Shown piece after piece: positions 13,158 to 25,100 of a stretch of 64,000 bases of DNA. The stretch covers positions 5,224,422-5,288,421 of the forward strand of contig NC_092678.1 in the NCBI RefSeq assembly GCF_964355755.1, in the 5' to 3' direction. The position numbers and the translations under genes were made by a program. Positions within the stretch are counted from its first letter, which is position 1, and the number at the start of each line of letters is the position of its first letter. This stretch comes from Antedon mediterranea (Eukaryota > Animalia > Echinodermata). Below the pieces are notes generated by a model. That model saw nothing but the letters and a program-made list of their open reading frames with translations. It was not told the DNA's origin and did no database searches.

Positions 13158-16100
13158 ATGAAAGCGTTATTCGTGGTCGTCGTATTACTATCGTTGATCT
13201 GCACTGGTTGGTGCTCGTGGCAACGCAATCAGATAACGCTAAAGAACGGTAAATATCGGAACTTACTCGTGGCTATAAATAAAGATATTCCGGAAAATGA
13301 TGAACTCATTGACGAAATCAAAGTAAGTCAAATAACTCTGTTTTTATTTAGAATTTCCGATAAAAGCAGTTAATTTGAAAATGGATTTTCCATGTTTTCT
13401 GGGAAAGTCCTGATGAATTTACTTACAACTATTAGCTTAGATATTATTTCAAGCGAGATAGGCCTACTGTTAGTTTAATTTAATTGGGTCATGTCAAAGT
13501 AAGTAAAGATAACTAAAACATATAAATAACCCGGAAAAGCTGAAGTTTATGTTTGTTAAATCTTGGTTATTTAGAGTGCATTCACCGGCGGGTCCAGCAA
13601 ACTGTTTGAGGCAACTTATAACAGGACTTACTGGAAGACCATTACCATCTTGGTTCCCAAATCATGGACACCAAAACCAGAATATGAACCAGTGACGTCA
13701 GAAAGCTTTGATAGGGCGAACGTTATCATAGACAGTCCGAACCCTCGTTGGGATGACAACCCGTACACGCACCAGCTTGGTGGATGTGGCGAAGCAGGAG
13801 AGTACATCCATCTCACGCCAAATTATTTACTGGATAAACAACAAAGCGAGTTTATTTGGGGACCTGTAGGTGAGTGAGTCCAAAATAGATTTCAACCTCC
13901 ACATACGTTACATAATAGAAACACTGTAACTAAACTGAAAGGAGGTGCAGGCGGGCAAAATAGTTTAAAGGACACGGACGGCAGCAACAAAAAAATGAAG
14001 AAAAACAAATATAAAATTCATTTTTAAAACTTCATTGTGTGTCAAAAATACATTTTTCCAGATAAGTTACTGGTTCATGAATGGGGTCATCTTAGATGGG
14101 GTCTCTTTGACGAGTACACCACAAGCGATGCGGGTTCTGCGGCGTTCTACGCAACGTCAGATCATGTTGTAGAAGCAACTCGATGTTCACTAGCTATCAA
14201 AGGAGAATATGTGAACATCTTCACATTGAAACAATGTTATCTTGACCCAGCTACTGGAGTGTACCAACCTGAATGTGTTTTCTTTCCAATCTTGGAGGGT
14301 CAAGTGGCAACGGCGTCTATAATGTATGGCCAATTCCTTGACTCGGTAAGTAGATAGACGTAAGCCTAACTATGCTACTGTTCTGCCTTTAAGTTGCCTC
14401 CCATATATATATATATATAAGTTGTTGGACCATTATGATAAAACTAAACGTACGTAATTTCATTCCAAATCGTGGTTTTCCACTAGAGACACAAGCGAGT
14501 TGACCAATGACAAGCGACTTTATCGCTTGTGATTGGTCAATCACTTACATTGCGCTTACGTCATTGCGTTGCGTCCTAGTGAGAACCAAGCTTTACGTAC
14601 GTTGCCGCTACGTCATTTCGTTGCGTCCTAGTGGAAACCAAGCTTTACGTACGTTGCCGCTACGTCATTGCGTTGCGTCCTAGTGAGAACCAAGCTTTAC
14701 GTACGTTGCCGCTACGTCATTGCGTTGCGTCCTAGTGGAAACCAAGCATTACATTGCACTTACGTCATCGCTTGCTTCCCTAGTGGAACACTTAAAGCTT
14801 CTTTTTTCCTCCTTCTAGGTGAAAACTTTTTGTAACAGCGATCGATCAGATCCATTGACACTCCACGACGTTGAAGCTCCTCACAAACACAACATTATGT
14901 GTCAGAGTAAAAGCTGTTGGGATGTAATGCTAGAAACCGATGACTTTAAAAACAACAACAACCCACCGATTGCGGGCGATACAGATACTACGCCAAACTT
15001 CCGTATTGTCCAGCCTGGTGATAGAAGAATAGTGTTGGTCCTAGATACCTCTGGCAGTATGGGGGTAAGGCAATCAATGATTGTAATCAGCAACGCAACT
15101 AATATGACCAATCACAAGCGACAGCAGTCGGTGATCTGTGCTTGCTATTGGTCAAATCACCTGTTGTGCGTGTATATCATTCATTCATCTTTTTATTTTG
15201 GAATATCATGGTGACATAATATATCCATAGCAAAAGAGAGAAAAAAAATCTTAATCTAAGAGCTCATAGAACAAAACAAAAAAATAAATTATAAGTCAAT
15301 TCCATTGTATGTGCATTCTTGACACATTAAGAACGTGGCGATTAATGGCCATGATCAAAGAATTACTACTTCCTCTTTTCCTACTTTGTATGACTTTGTT
15401 TAATCTGTAGGGCGATAACATAGAGATACTCCTGCAGGCATCAACGCACTATCTACGTTATACCGTTGATGAGGGTAGTTACGTAGGAATCGTTCACTTT
15501 GACGTCAAAGGCAACGTTTTGTCAGAGCTGGTGCTTATTACTAACGAGACATCATCACGTGACACCTTGGTAGCAGCATTACCAAAAGTAGCCTCTGGTG
15601 GAACTAGTATTGGATCTGGAGTGTTGATGGGAATTGATGTAAGTAGAAATGTGATAGTATTATGCTATTGAGCCCCGGTGACTAGACATCCTACAACATC
15701 ACCCTCGCGTCAAAGATTAGGCTCATGCGCACTCTGGCCATCTCCATATTCTTGTACGCATGTGAGTCCTGGGCACTCACAACTGATCTACAGAGACGGA
15801 TAAAAGCCCTAGAAATGAGATGCTATCGATCTTGAACATCTCATAAAAAGACCATGTCACGAATGAGAAAGTCAGCAACAGGATCAAGAGAGCAATTGGA
15901 CCATACAAAGACCTGCTATCAATCGTAAAAAGCAGAAAGGACAGAGACCGATGGAGGAGGATTGTCCAAAAGTTAGCAGTGGTGCCTATCAGGCGTTAAG
16001 AGACGGAACTTAACTGACATCCTAATTATACATAATTTAGCCTATTTCTAAGAAGTTGCACTACGACGTAGCGCGAGCATAATTTAACGTCATCACTCCT

Positions 16101-18523
16101 CGTTCTGCGTGGAAGGTAAATCACTCCAATTCACGTTAGGCATTATGTATGCAGCCTACACATTATGTAATGTTTACGTTTTTGAATTGTGTTTTTTTAT
16201 AGGTTCTGTCACGTGGTGGGGACAAGCCAGCAGGCGGCTACCTTCTAGTTATCAGTGACGGTGATAATACCAATTACCCTGGTATTCCTGACGTATTAGA
16301 TGACATCGATACTGCTGGCGTCATCGTAGACACTATTGCGTTCACTGACGCTGCTGACAACGAGTTAAGAGACTTAAGCGACGCGTCAGGTGGCCTTGCG
16401 TTCTTTTTTGCGGGAGATGCGGACATATCGACGCTTAACAATGCGTTTTCGGCTACTATCACAACGCGACCTGACCTCAGCTCTCAGTCACTTCCTATAA
16501 CGGTAAGTAGATCATGACAAAAACGATGATGATAATGGCAATGTTTATTCTTAACTCTTTCATTGTATGTACGCCGTTTGGAAAATGAATTTCCAACATA
16601 TTTTAAGATGGACCAATAAATATTATCTTATTTCATGTTTCAGTTATACAGTGGGTCACAAACTGTACCACGCAATGGCAACGTCACAGTGTTGGTGTTC
16701 ATCGACGCTGGAGTGGGACTGGACACTGTTTTTAGCTTTTCTTGGATTGGAGCTTTAATTGAAGTGGTGTTAGAAAAACCTGACGGAAGTTTGGTCGACG
16801 AGTCTCTATACAATATAGATACACAGACCAAGTTGATGACGATCAAGATTGGCGGTACAGCACCGGTATGTTACTAGTGATTCTAGTGAACACGCACTGC
16901 ATTTGACATAGGACATGGTCGACTCATAGATTTATATCAATCACTTATGTAGGCATTTTTATATCTTTAGATCCTTGAAAACAAACATTTCTTAGCCATA
17001 ATGTCTCTTCTATTTGTTATAGACTGGATATTGGAAAATTACGATCGCCAACGCCTTGAAGTCATCGCCGTCTCAAGTTGTCACCGTGAACGTGGAGTCC
17101 AAACAGTCTACTAACGAAGATCCAATAGAAGTATTAGCGCTAGTCAGTGACCCAACAGTCGACCTTAACAACGTCCCCGTCGTCATCATCTACGCTATCG
17201 TCACCAAGGGCTACCTACCCGTTCTCAACGTGCAGGTGGTAGCAGTCATTGAAGGCCCGGACGCCATTGAAGAAATATTACTTTTGGATAAAGGTGCTGA
17301 GCCAGACATAACGATAGACGACGGCGTCTACTCCGGCTATTTCTTTAGTTTCACTGACAACGGTCGTTATAGTATTGCAATAAAGGTTGAGAACTCGGCT
17401 AATACGGCAGTAGTTAGTAGAGCTAAAGCAACCGGATCATTACCAAAACGACCAGGTATTATCATTTATACGCATATTTTTTTTAAAAGCAACGTTAACA
17501 ATTTAACGTAATTATTTGCATAATTTTATACGTAAAATATTAAATACTATGGTACGCCAGAAAGTTGGTATGACAAGCATTTTGTGCATTAAGTAAACTT
17601 TTTAATGAAATTATATGAATAATGTTTAAGCAATGGTCTTGAGTTGTATGAACCAGTATATAATATGATTTTAAATTCCATTGCAGATACTATAAATAAG
17701 GAATTACCCGCCTTTGAGCCTACAGGAATGTTTGTTCGAACAGCATCAGGGGGCGTCATTGAGGTCGAAGGTTATAGTAAACAGAATCAGGATAAACTAT
17801 CACCTTCTAGAATACTTGACCTCCGCGTACTGCAGACGTCATACGCTGAACAAAGTGTCATTTTACAATGGACGGCTGTGGGTGACGATTTTGATAAGGG
17901 CACAGGTATGTTTAGTCATGTTTATGCAAGCCAGCAAATAAACAAGTATTAATATCAATCGATAGCCACGCCCATTATCTTCATTGGCTGGTAATGTCAA
18001 TAGACTCTGTCCATTTTTCGATCGATCAAATTACTGCAGTAATAAAAACTAAACAACAAATGTGTTTTTTACAGCTTCAAAATATGAATTAATGGCGGCC
18101 GGTAATTACACAAAACTGTTTGAAGATTTTGAAAATGCTCTCTTGGTGACGAACAACGACTTACTACAGGGAAATTTGTCGGACATAAGTTCAGCTGGAT
18201 TCACAGAAAAGATCACAATAAAAGTGCCAACTAAAGGAGAAAACGTGACCTACTTTTTTGCTATACGCGCTGCGGATGAGCGCGGTAACATGGGGGATGT
18301 TTCAAACATCGTATCAGCAAACATGGAGTATATTGCATCTATTCCAGAAGAGGAAAACAGTCACACAGCATTATGGGCCACTCTTGGTAGCATATTAGGC
18401 GTGGCTCTAATTGCTGGAATTATATTTGGAATGTTTTATCATAGAAAAATGAAGAAACAAACAAAAGTTGAAAAGGGGCTCGATGAAACTAGCGGAAAAG
18501 TTAATAACACGTATGAACCTTAG
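13158..18523 (+). CDS. CLCA: Calcium-activated chloride channel regulator (CLCA)-like protein, 946 aa, type I membrane form, complete
   Basis: Exons 13158-13322, 13575-13869, 14062-14345, 14819-15064, 15411-15638, 16203-16502, 16644-16865, 17023-17455, 17687-17905, 18075-18523 (2841 nt, frame closes). Signal peptide; PYTHQLGGCGEAGEYIHLTP; zinc metalloprotease HEWGHLRWGLFDEY; VWA RRIVLVLDTSGSM; LLDKGAEPDITIDDGVYSGYF; FnIII LQWTAVGDDFDKGTA; C-terminal TM helix. Confidence 0.95.
14470..14790. mobile_element. MITE with a tandemly amplified 3' end (~52-bp unit x4) in CLCA intron 3
   Basis: Repeated CGTCATTGCGTTGCGTCCTAGTGGAAACCAAGCTTTACGTACGTTGCCGCTA; same family as 12571-12676. Confidence 0.7.
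15695..16017 (+). mobile_element. 5'-truncated RTE-clade LINE remnant in CLCA intron 5
   Basis: Translates NITLASKIRLMRTLAISIFLYACESWALTTDLQRRIKALEMRCYR, then a frameshift/stop, then KDHVTNEKVSNRIKRAIGPYKDLLSIVKSRK. This is the typical RTE post-RT C-terminus. Confidence 0.85.
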
Positions 18524-19369
18524 GAGTCATCATTTTCATACAAAATTGAATATAAAAATATTATAATCTAAGCTTGATTCACACTTAATTGGACGCAACG
18601 CAAGACGTAACCTACTGAGAGTTATTTGACCAATCACAAGCGATGAATCATCCGAACTGTCGCTTGTGATTGGTCAACTCACTTACGTTGCGCCTACGTC
18701 GGTGCGTTATGTCCAATTGAGTGGAATTAAAGCTTTTGATATATTTAGAAACGAAATCCGATGAGAATGAAAAAAGCAAACATAGCAGACAGTATGCATC
18801 GAAGAAACTTTTTGTCTTTTGCACATACGTTAACAAAATATAATGACGTCCCAAAGTCGCTTTCACAGAACTTTGATTTGATTTATTTCGTTCAACACAA
18901 GTCAAATGACATAAAATGGAACAGTAAAAAACGAAACCAATTGAGCCAAAGAAAGTTATTTATTGAAATGTTACGTTACAGTTAATGTACCGATTGTGAT
19001 GACGTAATTAGATTGTCCACGCATGGAGATTGATCGTGTGTTCAAACTATTACATTCCTTATCACATTTTTATATCTAAAAACTACTAGAAAAATAAACA
19101 AAATATCTGTTGTTGCGTCACACATGTTACTTCATATAGCAGCATAAAGGGCTGCTCTTGTATTCACGGCCGTCGTTTCTAATATCTGTCTAAAAAAACA
19201 AGTGCCTTTACCAGTTCTGTAAATTAAATATATACAGTATAATATATACATAATTAGGCTACTATTGTCAATTTTTTCTAATTTTATATTTATTTTTGTT
19301 ATTATTACAGTTTGTTTTGATTGGAGCCTACTTACTTTGACACATGACCTTTCACCTTTGACCTATCGT

Positions 19370-21273
19370 TTATTTGAGTTTGCTTAAAAGTCGTCGCAAC
19401 AAATCCAATTCGCGCGTCTGCGATGATGCTAGAAAATAAACAAAACAATATAACAGAGACAACAACTTAAAGTTACGGTTGAAAGACGTTGTTCTGATAA
19501 AGCACACTACTACTTACTATCATCGCATTTGTTTCCAGTGTAGCCATCTTTACAGGAGCAAAACCAATAATTGTTTTTTTCTGTACATTCACCATTCCCA
19601 CTGCATGAGTTCGTCTCGTATTCACAACGTCCTTTATAATCACGTTTTTCCAATTCTAGCGTAAACATATTTTTTAAAGACGTAAATGTATGATTAAAAT
19701 GATTGTTTTTATGTTTTTTATTAATTAAAAAGAACAATCTTGCATAGGCCTACATTTGCGCTCAAACAAGTTTTGATCTTAATTAAAATTATTTCTTTCT
19801 TTATTTATTTCCATTCACAAAAACATAAACATAAATAATAATTACAAAACAAAAGAATCTTTAAAAAAAAAATAGTCTTACCGTTGCAGTTGTTTCCAGT
19901 GTAGCCATCGTTACAGGAGCAAAACCAATAATTGTTTTTTTCTGTACACTCCCCATTCCCACTGCATGAGTTCGTCTCGTATTCACAACGTCCTTTATAA
20001 TCACGTTTTTCCAATTCTAGCGTAAATTAAAAAAATTTAAACAAATATTCTTTTAGAGACGTAAATGTATGATTAAAATGATTGTTTTATGTTTTTTATT
20101 GATTAAAAAGAACAATCTTGCATAGGCCTACATTTGCGCTCAAACAAGTTTTGATCTTAATTATAATTATTTCTTTCTTTATTTATTTCCATTCACAAAA
20201 ACATAAACATAAATAATAATTACAAAACAAAAGAATCTTTTAAAAAAAAATAGTCTTACCGTTGCAGTTGTTTCCAGTGTAGCCATCGTTACAGGAGCAA
20301 AACCAATAATTGTTTTTTTCTGTACACTCCCCATTCCCACTGCATGAGTTCGTCTCGTATTCACAACGTCCTTTATAATCACGTTTTTCCAATTCTAGCG
20401 TAAATAAAAAAAATTTAAACAAATATTCTTTTAGAGACGTAAATGTATGATTAAAATGATTGTTTTATGTTTTTTATTGATTAAAAAGAACAATCTTGCA
20501 TAGGCCTACATTTGCGCTCAAACAAGTTTTGATCTTAATTATAATTATTTCTTTCTTTATTTATTTCCATTCACAAAAACATAAACATAAATAATCATTA
20601 CAAAACAAAAGAATGTTTAAAAAAAAAAATAGTCTTACCGTTGCAGTTGTTTCCAGTGTAGCCATCGTTACAGGAGCAAAACCAATAATTGTTTTTTTCT
20701 GTACACTCCCCATTCCCACTACATGAGTTCGTTTCGTATTCACAACGTCCTTTATAATCACGCGCTTCCAAACCTGTGGATCAAAATTGCTGTGATAACT
20801 AGCATACAAGCAACAAATCAGACATCTGTTTGTTTTCTAATTTCCGAATTGTTAGATTGAGTATATCGGTTAATCTATTTTTACCATAATGTTTGAGTCC
20901 ATTTAAATTTGAATAAAGTTTTAGAAAGTTAGTTAATTTTACACGACTCGTGTAGCCCTCTTAAATCAAGTGGTAAGCGAACTGCAAATGATGTGACGAA
21001 TCACAACGCGACGGATCATAATTCTGTCGCTTGTGATTTGGCCACTTTCTTGTATTCCATCCAAGTGGGAATCAAACTTTAAGAATGCTTTAAGCTGCAT
21101 TAACACTTATCTTGTTGCATTTCGCACGGAACATAATTTAAAACAAAACGGGTTCGTGAAGCGGAGTGTGAGCACAAGAAGTGACGGTTCGTTTTTATTT
21201 TTAGTTTTAACTTACTAAATAATCCGGCAAATGCAGCAGAAACAAAAGTAAAGATGACGATTAAACGAATCAT
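19370..21273 (-). CDS. Secreted EGF-like peptide polyprotein precursor (EGIP-like), 219 aa, four EGF peptides
   Basis: Exons 21273-21216 (MIRLIVIFTFVSAAFAGLF), 20773-20639, 20394-20260, 20016-19882, 19655-19518, 19428-19370; all introns phase 1 GT-AG; 660 nt. Repeat unit LE(A/K)R-DYKGRCEYETNSCSGNGECTEKNNYWFCSC(N/K)DGYTGN(N/K)C; tail TSSQTRELDLLRRLLSKLK*. Confidence 0.85.
19518..20773. repeat. Tandem duplication of an exon+intron unit (~378 bp; 4 exons, 3 near-identical introns)
   Basis: Intron text (e.g. GCATAGGCCTACATTTGCGCTCAAACAAGTTTTGATC) recurs almost verbatim near 19742, 20120 and 20498. Confidence 0.92.
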
Positions 21274-22179
21274 GTCGAGAAGGATGCGTTGAAAACGAAA
21301 TCTGCAATTATGAAATATTTATAAAACAAATATATTGATTTTAATTGTTTGCATTGTTATGACATATAACAATGTAGTGTATCCAACTTATAGGTACATT
21401 TAATGCCCCCCCCCCCCCATGTTTAATGTCTAGGCCAATGTTTCCAACAGGAGGAGGCCTCTAAATATTCTTTTAATGTCAGTTTCTATCAATGCGTTCG
21501 GCTCATTGCATACCCGTTTTGTATAAAATACGTTTTCCGTTCATTATGATTTAGATTAAACTTATAGAAATATTTTTGTAAAAGAAATACTGTATATATA
21601 TTCTGTTGATACAAATAAATGCTACGTAGTACCGCGAATAATAATAATAAAATATTAAATAATTTTGTATATTATTTAGAATAACTTGAAGATACCGTCT
21701 TTAAGTTATCCTAAATAATAAAATGAATGATTTTAAAATAGTTCAGAAAGTACAACATAGTTTCTCTCAAGATAAATAATGCTGATATTTTAAAGTATTT
21801 GAGTACAAAATCTTACCTGTATTAGATGATGGTAAAGAGCATGTATTGTATGTAGCTTCTTCAGTCAAATGATGTCCAGTACTGGCCGTAGGCCTACTGA
21901 GCGTCTTAAATCCGGTCTTAAAGAAGCTCAAATTGTAACACTTACTTAAAGTCTTAAGCTCACCCATTTTAATGCTAATGTTATTCCCGTATTTGTATTG
22001 TTTACCAGTGAAGTACTATTCGTTATATAGTAGATTAGTAGCATCAGAGTATTTACTTATTAAAGGCACAAAAGAAGGTCGATTGTTTTTATCTTATTTT
22101 CATTTTGTGCGACCTCGTTGAGATTTTGTCTTTTGAAATTGAATTCAAGTATAAAAGGGGAATGTCGAACAACAAGTTT

Positions 22180-25100
22180 GAGCATTTCATGTAATAAGGT
22201 CCCATTCATACATGATTTAGCGAGGACATTTCATGTAATAAGGTCCTAATTCATACATGATTTAGCGAGGACATTTCATGTAATAAGGTCCTATTCATAT
22301 ATGATTTGACGAGGACATTTCATGTAATAAGGTCCCATTCATACATGATTTAGCGAGGGCATTTCATGTAATAAGGTCCCATTCATATATGATTTGACGA
22401 GGACATTTCATGTAATAAGGTCCCATTCATACATGATTTAGCGAGGGCATTTCATGTAATAAGGTCCTATTCATACATGATTTAGCGAGGGCATTTCATG
22501 TAATAAGGTCCCATTTATACATGATTTAGCGAGGACATTTCATGTAATAAGGTCCTATTCATACATGATTTAGCGAGGACATTTCATGTAATAAGGTCCT
22601 ATTCATACATGATTTAGCGAGGACATTTCGTGTAATAAGGTCCCATTCATACATGATTTAGCGAGGGCATTTCATGTAATAAGGTCCCATTCATATATGA
22701 TTTGACGAGGACATTTCATGTAATAAGGTCCCATTCATACATGATTTAGCGAGGGCATTTCATGTAATAAGGTCCTATTCATACATGATTTAGCGAGGAC
22801 ATTTCATGTAATAAGGTCCCATTCATACATGATTTATCGAGGGCATTTCGTGTAATAAGGTCCCATTCATACATGATTTAGCGAGGACATTTCATGTAAT
22901 AAGGTCCTATTCATACATGATTTAGCGAGGACATTTCATGTAATAAGGTCCCATTCATACATGATTTATCGAGGGCATTTCGTGTAATAAGGTCCCATTC
23001 ATACATGATTTGGCGAGGACATTTCATGTAATAAGGTCCTATTCATATATGATTTAGCGAGGACATTTCATGTAATAAGGTCCCATTCATACATGATTTA
23101 GCGAGGGCATTTCATGTAATAAGGTCCCATTCATACATGATTTAGCGAGGGCATTTCATGTAATAAGGTCCTATTCATACATGATTTAGCGAGGACATTT
23201 CATGTAATAAGGTCCTATTCATACATGATTTAGCGAGGGCATTTCGTGTAATAAGGTCCCATTCATACATGATTTGGCAAGAGCATATCATGTAAAAAGC
23301 TCCCATTCATACATGATTTAGGGAAGGCATTTCATGTAATATAGGTCCTATTCATACATGATTTAGCGAGGACATTTCATGTAATAAGGTCCCATTCATA
23401 CATGATTTAGCGAGGACATTTCATGTAATAAGGTCCTATTCATACATGATTTAGCGAGGGCATTTCGTGTAATAAGGTCCCATTCATACATGATTTGGCA
23501 AGAGCATATTATGTAAAAAGCTCCCATTCATACATGATTTAGCGAGGGCATTTCATGTAATAAGGTCCTATTCATACATGATTTAGCGAGGACATTTCAT
23601 GTAATAAGGTCCTATTCATACATGATTTAGCGAGGACATTTCATGTAATAAGGTCCCATTCATACATGATTTTGCGAGGACATTTCATGTAATAAGGTCC
23701 TATTCATACATGATTTGGTGAGAGCATTTCATGTAATAAGGTCCCATTCATACATGATTTAGCGAGGGCATTTCATGTAAAAAGGTCCCATTCATACATG
23801 ATTTAGCGAGGACATTTCATGTAATAAGGTCCTATTCATATATGATTTAGCGAGGGCATTTCATGTAATAAGGTCCTATTCATACATGATTTAGCGAGGG
23901 CATTTCATGTAATAAGGTCCTATTCATACATGATTTGGCGAGAGCATTTCATGTAATAAGGTCCCATTCATACATGATTTAGCGAGGGCATTTCATGTAA
24001 TAAGGTCCTATTCATACATGATTTAGCGAGGACATTTCATGTAATAAGGTCCTAATTCATACATGATTTAGCGAGGGCATTTCATGTAATAAGGTCCCAT
24101 TCATACATGATTTAGCGAGGACATTTCATGTAATAAGGTCCTATTCATACATGATTTGGCGAGAGCATTTCATGTAATAAGGTCCCATTCATACATGATT
24201 TAGCGAGGGCATTTCATGTAATAAGGTCCTATTCATACATGATTTAGCGAGGGCATTTCATGTAATAAGGTCCCATTCATACATGATTTAGCGAGGACAT
24301 TTCATGTAATAAGGTCCTATTCATACATGATTTAGCGAGGACATTTCATGTAATAAGGTCCCATTCATACATGATTTAGCGAGGACATTTCGTGTAATAA
24401 GGTCCCATTCATACATGATTTGGCGAGAGCATTTCATGTAATAAGGTCCTATTCATACACGATTTGGCGAGAGCATTTCATGTAATAAGGTCCCATTCAT
24501 ACATGATTTAGCGAGGGCATTTCATGTAATAAGGTCCTATTCATACATGATTTAGCGAGGACATTTCATGTAATAAGGTCCCATTCATACATGATTTAGC
24601 GAGGGCATTTCATGTAATAAGGTCCTATTCATACATGATTTAGCGAGGGCATTTCATGTAATAAGGTCCTATTCATACATGATTTAGCGAGGGCATTTCA
24701 TGTAATAAGGTCCCATTCATACATGATTTAGCGAGGGCATTTCATGTAATAAGGTCCCATTCATACATGATTTAGCGAGGGCATTTCATGTAATAAGGTC
24801 CCATTCATACATGATTTAGCGAGGGCATTTCATGTAATAAGGTCCCATTCATACATGATTTAGCGAGGGCATTTCATGTAATAAGGTCCCATTCATACAT
24901 GATTTAGCGAGGACATTTCATGTAATAAGGTCCCAATCATACATGATTTAGCGAGGGCATTTCATGTAATAAGGTCCCATTCATACATGATTTAGCGAGG
25001 GCATTTCATGTAATAAGGTCCCATTCATACATGATTTGGCGAGAGCATTTCATGTAATAAGGTCCCATTCATACATGATTTGGCGAGAGCATTTCATGTA

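Noticed and set aside
19518-20773. Notch/fibropellin-type Ca-binding EGF array or EGFR-ligand precursor
   Set aside because: No Ca-binding consensus, no TM segment and no GxRC arginine; the domains are separated by convertase-type sites.
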